IMG/VR virus record: IMGVR_UViG_3300035698_019240
Coordinates: 28,056-92,055 of that record
Strand: one strand, 5' to 3'
From: a virus
DNA length: 64,000 bases
Under the pieces are notes generated by a model that did not search any database, had not been told where the DNA came from, and saw nothing but the letters and a program-made list of their open reading frames with translations. This document shows, piece after piece, positions 57,255 through 64,000 of this stretch. The position numbers and the translations under genes were made by a program. Position 1 is the stretch's first letter. Each line of letters begins with the position of its first letter.

Positions 57255-60200
57255 ATGGCAGATAAAAAGTTAAGTGAATTAACACAACATCACACAACAT
57301 TAGACACAGATTCAAGATTGTATACTGTATCTGACCCAACAGGGACCCCTACATATGGGTACACAGAATATCAAGATATAAGAGACCAAATAGATGGTTA
57401 TATTGGAGCTAATACGGTTCCATTAGACAGATGTGTATATGTTGCAAAAAATGGAATTGATGCTACCGCTAATGGTTCTGTAGGAAAACCATTTCTTACA
57501 ATACAAGTAGGTATTGATTATGCTTATACTAAATGGTATGGAAATATATCTTCTGCCAATCCTGTGGCGGTATTAATATGTCCTGGAACTTATACAGAAA
57601 ATATAGACCTAACAGGAAAACCATATATAGATTTATTATCAATTACAACCCGTGATTCTACAATTATTACAACCGCTTCAGGCACAACCTTAACATTAGG
57701 AAATGAAAAAACTAATGTTGAAAAGATAACGATAGAATCAACAGGTGGTAAAATATTAGAAGTTCCAAGTACTGGTATTGGAAAAGAATATACATTTAAG
57801 AATTGTAAATTTGATGCGATTGTTAGTAATACATATACAGAAGGTATTGAAATTAATAATGGAATTGTTCAATTTACAGGTTGTCTTATGGAGTATACCC
57901 AAACAGGAACTGGTGGCGGAACTCATAAATTAATGAATATAATAAACGCTCAGGCATTAATTTTTCTCAATAATGATATTTTAATGAATGTAGTAGATCC
58001 AGATGATGATGTAATTGGAATATATGAAGCAAATATAATAGTTCCTCTTGTAGAATCTACTTCAAGAATTGTAATATATAGAAATGGTGTAGTAACTGGT
58101 GAAACAATAGGATATTATGCGAACGGAACATCGGTCGGTAAACATCTATCAGCAGGACTTATCATACTTTTAAATAATGGTTCTGGTGGTGACGCATCTG
58201 CTGTAAAAACAGCAGGAAATGGTTGTACTATAATTCAGCAGTCAAATAAGTTTGATGTTTCAGGATTTACTAATAATTGGGCGGCAAATGTGGCATTAGG
58301 AGATACTATTAATTCTAACTTTGAAACTATATATGCCGATCAACACTATACAGGTGCTGGAACTTATAATTATGTAAATAGCCCAAAAGAAGGTGATTTA
58401 CAAATAAGTGGTTCCTATTTGAATATGTATGATCAGGCATTAACAGTTGGTGCAAGAGGTGGTGATTATACTGTTATTCAAGATGCTATTGATAGTATTA
58501 CTACCGCTACAATAGATAAAAAACATGTAATACTTATTTATCCGGGAACTTATACTGAAAATGTAGTAATGAAGCCATACATAGATTTAAAAGCGGTTTC
58601 AACTAGATCCGCCACAGTAATCACATCTCCTTCAGGAACAACTTTAACTTTATCAGATCAGACTACTCTTATTGATGATATAAAGATAATAACAACTGGT
58701 GGAAAGATTTTAGAAGTGCCCGCAGTTGCCAATACAATAAATTATAAATTTTCACGTAGTACACTTCACGCAATAATTAATAATTCTTTTACTGATGCTA
58801 TAGAAATTAAGGGTGGTACTGTTCAGTTTTCTAACTCTTTCATGCATTATGATCAAACAGGAACAGGCGGAGGAACTCATAGATTAATAAACATTACCGG
58901 TGCAGGATTAATTACTTTACTTACTACCGATATGAGAATGGATGTAGTAAGTACAACTGATGATGTAGTTGGTGTAAAAGAAGCAAATGAAGTTATTACT
59001 ACTATATTTGATTCTTCAAGACTTGTGGTAAGTAGAACAGGAATTGTAACAGGAGAAACAATAGGATATTATGCAAATGGTACGTCCGCTGATAAGTTAT
59101 TGAGTGCATGTTTCTTACAACTTTTAAATGAAGGTTCAGGCGGTAACGCTTCTATTGTAAAAACAGCGGGAAATGGTTGTGTTGTAACCAATCAGTCTAA
59201 TACTGTTAAGGTTTTAAATTTTACTAATAATTGGTCGTCAAATGTAGGAGTAGGAGATACTGTTTATTCTAATTTTGATACTATAACTGCTGCTCAAAGA
59301 TATACTGGTTCAGGAACTTTTAATGCTATACATGCCCACAGTAGTGGCGACCTTCATGTAGAAAGAGATATTGTATTGAAAAGAAATATGGAAATTGGTG
59401 GAACCTTAGCACTTGCAACAGGCACTACAGTAAATGAAATTACAACTTCTGTTACTTCTTCTGCTGCATCGGATAATAAATTACCTACTGAAAAAGCCTT
59501 AACAGATCATACTGATGGTTTAGCAAGTTTATATGTAAAGTTAGACGGTTCAACTCCATTTACTGGAACTGTTGGTGGTATAACTCCTACACTTAGCGAT
59601 CACTTATCAACTAAAGGGTATGTGGATGCTGTAGCTGCCGGTGGCGGTACAAATGATTTAGGTCCGTTTGTAACTAAAGATGCTGTAGCTCCTTCAGGTG
59701 GAGAAGCTGTTGGTGAAAAATGGATAGTTGCTGGATTAGGAGGCGCATGGTCTGGTTTTGATATAGATGATATTGCAGAAGTTGATAGCATTACCCCAAC
59801 TGTTTGGAGTAATGTAACTCCATCTGCAGGAAATCATGGTTGGGTTACTGATGAAGGAATAGATTATACATTTAATGGTTCTGATTGGGTAGTAACCGGG
59901 ACATTGATTGATCATACAGCTATACAACATATTGGAACAAATTCTCATGCAGTAATTGATACACATATTGCTAATGTTACAACTAATCCTCATGTTGTAA
60001 CTAAAACAAATGTAAGTTTAGGAAATGTAACCGATGATGCCCAGTTAAAAAGATCTGCAAATGATTTTAATGGGTTTGGTGAAGTTGCGATTCTCGCAGA
60101 TGAAGATAGGTATTTAATAGAGTATTATGATAGTGGTTCTTATACTAAGAAATATATAGTAGCATCCAATATGTATGATAGAAAAGTTAAGGTTTCTGCT

Positions 60201-60761
60201 ACTGATACAACTCAAGATTATTTAATGAGTAAGTTAACTGGTTCTGATAGTACAATAACTCTTACACAAGTTGGTGCCGGTGGAGATGAAGACCTTCAGA
60301 TTGGATATGGCACAGAACTCACAACATTAACAGACGGAAGTAATGCAGATGCCTTACATACTCATCTTAGTGGTTGGCATGGTTCTGATACAAGAATTAA
60401 AATTGCCCCAGCTGAGTTTTTACCAAATGATAGTAAGGAATGGAAACAAGTAATAGAAAATGATGGTGGATCAGTTACAGATAGTGAGGAAAAATTAACA
60501 GAATTTATTACTATTCCCATTTATATTCCAACAGGATATAAAGCAACTGCATATATGGTTTATGCAAGTGCTGCCATTACAGTTGAGATTTTTGAAAATG
60601 ACATTACAAATAATAGTAATACAAATAAGGTTAGCGGAAATGCTAACACTGAAATTAATATGACAGATGTAACATCTAGTTCAACTAATTACTTATCAAT
60701 TGTTGTAGTTGATGCTGGAGCAGATATTTATGGTGCATATGTAACTATAGAGGAAGTATAA
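57255..60761 (+). CDS. Tailspike/fibre with duplicated beta-helix-like domain
   Basis: MADKKLSEL start; PFLTIQ/IQDAI..PGTYTEN twice; long internal duplication. Confidence 0.75.
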   Translation: MADKKLSELTQHHTTLDTDSRLYTVSDPTGTPTYGYTEYQDIRDQIDGYIGANTVPLDRCVYVAKNGIDATANGSVGKPFLTIQVGIDYAYTKWYGNISSANPVAVLICPGTYTENIDLTGKPYIDLLSITTRDSTIITTASGTTLTLGNEKTNVEKITIESTGGKILEVPSTGIGKEYTFKNCKFDAIVSNTYTEGIEINNGIVQFTGCLMEYTQTGTGGGTHKLMNIINAQALIFLNNDILMNVVDPDDDVIGIYEANIIVPLVESTSRIVIYRNGVVTGETIGYYANGTSVGKHLSAGLIILLNNGSGGDASAVKTAGNGCTIIQQSNKFDVSGFTNNWAANVALGDTINSNFETIYADQHYTGAGTYNYVNSPKEGDLQISGSYLNMYDQALTVGARGGDYTVIQDAIDSITTATIDKKHVILIYPGTYTENVVMKPYIDLKAVSTRSATVITSPSGTTLTLSDQTTLIDDIKIITTGGKILEVPAVANTINYKFSRSTLHAIINNSFTDAIEIKGGTVQFSNSFMHYDQTGTGGGTHRLINITGAGLITLLTTDMRMDVVSTTDDVVGVKEANEVITTIFDSSRLVVSRTGIVTGETIGYYANGTSADKLLSACFLQLLNEGSGGNASIVKTAGNGCVVTNQSNTVKVLNFTNNWSSNVGVGDTVYSNFDTITAAQRYTGSGTFNAIHAHSSGDLHVERDIVLKRNMEIGGTLALATGTTVNEITTSVTSSAASDNKLPTEKALTDHTDGLASLYVKLDGSTPFTGTVGGITPTLSDHLSTKGYVDAVAAGGGTNDLGPFVTKDAVAPSGGEAVGEKWIVAGLGGAWSGFDIDDIAEVDSITPTVWSNVTPSAGNHGWVTDEGIDYTFNGSDWVVTGTLIDHTAIQHIGTNSHAVIDTHIANVTTNPHVVTKTNVSLGNVTDDAQLKRSANDFNGFGEVAILADEDRYLIEYYDSGSYTKKYIVASNMYDRKVKVSATDTTQDYLMSKLTGSDSTITLTQVGAGGDEDLQIGYGTELTTLTDGSNADALHTHLSGWHGSDTRIKIAPAEFLPNDSKEWKQVIENDGGSVTDSEEKLTEFITIPIYIPTGYKATAYMVYASAAITVEIFENDITNNSNTNKVSGNANTEINMTDVTSSSTNYLSIVVVDAGADIYGAYVTIEEV

Positions 60762-60762
60762 A

Positions 60763-61119
60763 ATGAAAAGTCCTTGTTGTAGATTAATAAATCTATTAGA
60801 TAAAAATAAAATAGAATTAATGAAAAAAGGTGTAGAATCTGATGGTATATTTAGAACCAATTCACAAAGAAGAATAAAAGATGGAACTAATTTTGGATGG
60901 AATATGAAAAATGAAGTGGAAGGATATCCATGTGAAAAGTTGGGTGCTGATGGTTGTAGTATCTATGAATATCGTCCCTTATGCTGTCGTAATTTTCCAA
61001 ACACACCAAAATTATTAATTAAACTTCCAACTTGTACAATAAGTTTTAATGATAAAGGTGAAAAAATAGGAACATGTAATGGTTGTAATAGTGAAACAAT
61101 AGGAGAGTTAATTGAATGA
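60763..61119 (+). CDS. YkgJ-family cysteine-cluster protein
   Basis: CC...C..L...CSIYE.RP..CR.FP. Confidence 0.8.
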   Translation: MKSPCCRLINLLDKNKIELMKKGVESDGIFRTNSQRRIKDGTNFGWNMKNEVEGYPCEKLGADGCSIYEYRPLCCRNFPNTPKLLIKLPTCTISFNDKGEKIGTCNGCNSETIGELIE

Positions 61120-61294
61120 TAAGCATAGCAACACTCGGTAAATTCGGAGGACCAAATAAAAAAGATGGAGGTGGTGGAGGCACTACTTACATTGAAAAAA
61201 GAAAACCATTTGTTCGTGTATCTGGAATAAAATATGATAAATATAAACAGGAAAAAATAAATATAAATGTAACATCTGTTCAAGAGGAGTAAAT

Positions 61295-61705
61295 ATGATT
61301 GACTTAAAAGTAAATGAAAAAAAGAAATTTAATTTTCAATTAGAAATAAGTGGTGTACAGGCACAAGATTTGAAAGGTTCAATGAAATTAATTATTGAAG
61401 GAGTAGAATATGGATTTCCTGTTAGTTTAATTGATGGGTCTGTTGTTGTTGAAGTGCCCGCAATTGAAAAAATTACTAAAGCTACATTAACTGAAGGACA
61501 ATCATTACCTGTAACTCTTGAAATTATTGCTAATGATACATTTATTATACCATGGAAAGATTCATTTACTGTTAGAAAACCAGTTAAAGTTGAGGCAAAA
61601 ATAGTTGATATAAAAGATGTCCTTGATGAAATAGATATAAAACCAAAAATTACAATAACAAATATTAAAGAAGAAAAGGTTGAAGAAAAGAAAAAAGTGT
61701 ATTAG
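61295..61705 (+). CDS. Hypothetical protein
   Basis: GAGGAG SD. Confidence 0.6.
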   Translation: MIDLKVNEKKKFNFQLEISGVQAQDLKGSMKLIIEGVEYGFPVSLIDGSVVVEVPAIEKITKATLTEGQSLPVTLEIIANDTFIIPWKDSFTVRKPVKVEAKIVDIKDVLDEIDIKPKITITNIKEEKVEEKKKVY

Positions 61706-61725
61706 GTATTGGCGATAATGTTAAA

Positions 61726-61959
61726 ATGCTGAGAGGAAATTATAAAGGTAAAATTGGAAAAGTTATTGATTTTAGTCTTGAAGATGATCAAGTAGATGTG
61801 AAATTTTCAGATGGTAAAACAAGGCATCCAGGATTTGATGATATAAAAATAGTAGAGGGAAAGAAGGCTGATGAAGATTGTGGAAAAGATCACGATAAGA
61901 AAAAGAAAGATAAGAAAAAACCAACTAAAATGAGTGAAAAGGTATTTGGTAATTTATAA
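61726..61959 (+). CDS. KOW-like domain ORF, possibly a frameshifted continuation of 61295
   Basis: IGDNVKMLRGNYKGKIGKV begins upstream of the ATG. Confidence 0.45.
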   Translation: MLRGNYKGKIGKVIDFSLEDDQVDVKFSDGKTRHPGFDDIKIVEGKKADEDCGKDHDKKKKDKKKPTKMSEKVFGNL

Positions 61960-61978
61960 TAAAAGGAAAGGAAATATA

Positions 61979-63403
61979 ATGAATATACTAGAAAAGTTAG
62001 AATTAATAAACGAGCAAGATAAGATAGTCAATGAAGCTGGTATTAGAAATATGAAAACCTTAGCAAAAGAATATAAAAAAGCTGAGATATATTTTCATAT
62101 TGATCTTGATGGAGTAATGTCTGCTGTAGGTATGAAAAAGTACCTTGAAAATTATGGTATTAAAACTGTTGACGCTCATCCAATACAGTATGGTGATATG
62201 GAATATAGAGCTCCAAAACCACAAAAAGAGACATTGGCTGTTATGGTTGACTTTGCACATGGTAAACCAACAATGAAAATACATACAGATCATCATGATG
62301 CTCAAGTTGGTGTTAGTAAAGGAACAAGTACTGCGTTCAGTCATGTTCCATCAAACGCTGCATATATTTCACAAGTATTAGCAGCTGGTGATTTATTTCC
62401 AACTAAGGATGCACATATGATTAATACTGTGGATTCAGCCGATTTTGCCGCACAAGGTTTAGAACCTGATGATATTATGAGAGCTGTTTTTGGAGTAAAT
62501 AAGAAACTCTCTCCAGGTAAGAATCATCAAATGATGGCACTCGCCTCTAATAAACTCTTGTTAGCTTATAAAAATAAACCAGATTTCTTAAAACAAATAG
62601 TATTGAAAGCTAAACCTTCATTGATATCTCTATATAATGAAGTTGTTAAGTTAGCTAAGAAAGCTGGATATAAAACACCTGCTGAGATTGAAGGTGGAAC
62701 TTTTGAATATGCCGATGCTCAATCAGAAAAAGGAAAGGGAACAGGTAAACCTTCGGATGTTAAAAATTTAAAGAATGGCCAATCAGTAATGGTAGGAACT
62801 ACTTTGTTACAATATGGTGGTGGTTCAATGATAAAGGGTTTTGATAGATATACACCTTTCAAAAATAACCCTGATGCGCATTTCTTTTCAATAGTATGGC
62901 CAATGGGTCTTGTACAGTTGTCAAAAAATCCTTTTATGAAGGCTAAGAATCCTTACCATTTAGGCGACTTAGTAATGAAAAAAGTAATGCCTAAATTTAA
63001 GAGTAAATTGAATAAAGATGTAACACTTGATACTATAAAATGGATGCTTGAAAGGGATAAGAATTTTAAACCTGGTAAGTCATTAGGTTTTACATTTGAT
63101 GACCTTGTAGCATTATTTGGTAAACAAATAAAGAACTTATCTCCAAAAGGTACATATAGAGATATGATTAAAGATATTACTAATAAGCCTCACAAGTTTT
63201 TATCTTTTAAACAAAAAAATATAATAAAGAAAGTAACTATATCATTATGGGACTTAATAATGGCTCAAAGTGGAGGACATCCCGACATCACAAATGTTAG
63301 TGGTTTCAACTTCTACGGTAAAGGATATGTTGATATAATGAAAGAGGTACAAGCAGAGATTGCTGATGTAATGAAAGATAAGAAGTTAAAGGGAGATGAA
63401 TAA
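61979..63403 (+). CDS. DHH-family phosphoesterase-like protein with leader
   Basis: HIDLDG, VMVDF, TDHH, SGGH; start moved to MNILEKLELINE after AGGA. Confidence 0.75.
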   Translation: MNILEKLELINEQDKIVNEAGIRNMKTLAKEYKKAEIYFHIDLDGVMSAVGMKKYLENYGIKTVDAHPIQYGDMEYRAPKPQKETLAVMVDFAHGKPTMKIHTDHHDAQVGVSKGTSTAFSHVPSNAAYISQVLAAGDLFPTKDAHMINTVDSADFAAQGLEPDDIMRAVFGVNKKLSPGKNHQMMALASNKLLLAYKNKPDFLKQIVLKAKPSLISLYNEVVKLAKKAGYKTPAEIEGGTFEYADAQSEKGKGTGKPSDVKNLKNGQSVMVGTTLLQYGGGSMIKGFDRYTPFKNNPDAHFFSIVWPMGLVQLSKNPFMKAKNPYHLGDLVMKKVMPKFKSKLNKDVTLDTIKWMLERDKNFKPGKSLGFTFDDLVALFGKQIKNLSPKGTYRDMIKDITNKPHKFLSFKQKNIIKKVTISLWDLIMAQSGGHPDITNVSGFNFYGKGYVDIMKEVQAEIADVMKDKKLKGDE

Positions 63404-63645
63404 TGGATACTATAAGTAAAATTAATAAGTATATAAATGAAGATAAAACATCAAGTGCTGTATTTGACGCTAAAAACGCATTGAACTTGGTTATGTCTTC
63501 TGTTCCAATGAATCGTGCGGATAAAAAAATACTGGGATATGCATATAGCCTTTTAACGACGATGAGTAAGGGACGATATGTAGCTGAAAAAATACCGGAA
63601 AGATTCCTGAAAAAAACCGGAAAAATAAAGGACAGTAAAGAATAA
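63403..63645 (+). CDS. Small late protein with leader
   Basis: MDTISKINKYINE. Confidence 0.65.
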   Translation: MDTISKINKYINEDKTSSAVFDAKNALNLVMSSVPMNRADKKILGYAYSLLTTMSKGRYVAEKIPERFLKKTGKIKDSKE

Positions 63646-64000
63646 TGGACACTATAAGTAAAATTAATAATTATTTAAATGAAGAAAAATCAGTAACTAA
63701 TGATATAATGGATTTTTTTGTTGAAAATCCATATCCTAATGATGATTTAGTTCATGGTCTTGCAGAAAAATTAGGCATGGATCCTGATGATTTTGAAGCC
63801 GAAATATATTCAATTTTGAGTTCATTCTTATCTTTTGGAAAATTTAATGATGAAAAGAAAAAGGAAGAAGATATTGATACGGAAGAATTGAAAGAAGGTA
63901 TCAAAATAGAAATGGAGCATACAGAAAATCCTGTTATATCTAAAAGAATAGCTTTGGATCATTTAACAGAAATTCCTGATTATTATACTCGTTTGATTAA
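63645..64000 (+). CDS. Partial DUF5661-like protein with leader
   Basis: Manual translation MDTISKINNYLNEE...GIKIEMEHT...IALDHL.E.PDYY. Confidence 0.7.
   Translation, partial: MDTISKINNYLNEEKSVTNDIMDFFVENPYPNDDLVHGLAEKLGMDPDDFEAEIYSILSSFLSFGKFNDEKKKEEDIDTEELKEGIKIEMEHTENPVISKRIALDHLTEIPDYYTRLI

Noticed and set aside
49085-60761. Diversity-generating retroelement targeting fibres
   Set aside because: No reverse transcriptase and no TR/VR pair differing at adenines seen
241-62344. Many antisense ORFs in the track (e.g. 1324..1914, 29524..30189, 39995..40330)
   Set aside because: Shadows of real genes on the opposite strand, Phe/Ser/Ile-rich with no SD
1-64000. Stop-codon reassignment
   Set aside because: All core genes are intact in code 11, and TAA, TAG and TGA all terminate genes; the two in-frame stops are different codons

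Overview
64 kb of an AT-rich, large T4-like myophage genome in the standard genetic code. (1) 1-6.9 kb (minus) and 8.0-17.0 kb (plus) are two divergent early/accessory arms driven by a conserved TTTACA-N17-TATAAT promoter. They are separated by a ~1 kb ORF-less, GC-richer segment that can fold extensively and is flanked by paralogous HNH nucleases. The arms carry at least 15 small genes with unrelated N-terminal domains (SH3/KOW-like, Cys/His-rich and others) but a shared acidic C-terminal tail, (I/M)DVDELF(E/S/K)(D/E)I(E/D)I. The DNA of this tail usually also supplies the SD and ATGA overlap for the next gene. Host-like genes (alanine dehydrogenase, two PQ-loop/SemiSWEET transporters, YqeY, NIF3) lie within or beside this array. 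(2) 17-53.7 kb (minus) is a rearranged T4-type morphogenesis module (gp4, gp2, gp20-23, gp16, gp17, gp13-15, gp3, gp18, gp19, gp26/51-like, tape measure, gp48) with TATAAATA late promoters. It contains a candidate -1 frameshift tail chaperone and an ~8 kb island between the terminase subunits with a PrkA(YeaG)-YeaH-SpoVR system and LRR-like proteins. (3) 54-64 kb (plus) encodes HAD, receiver-domain, tailspike, YkgJ and DHH proteins. About 17 late genes share an N-terminal leader resembling the T4 capsid-targeting sequence. All family assignments are from motif recognition by eye; no searches were run.
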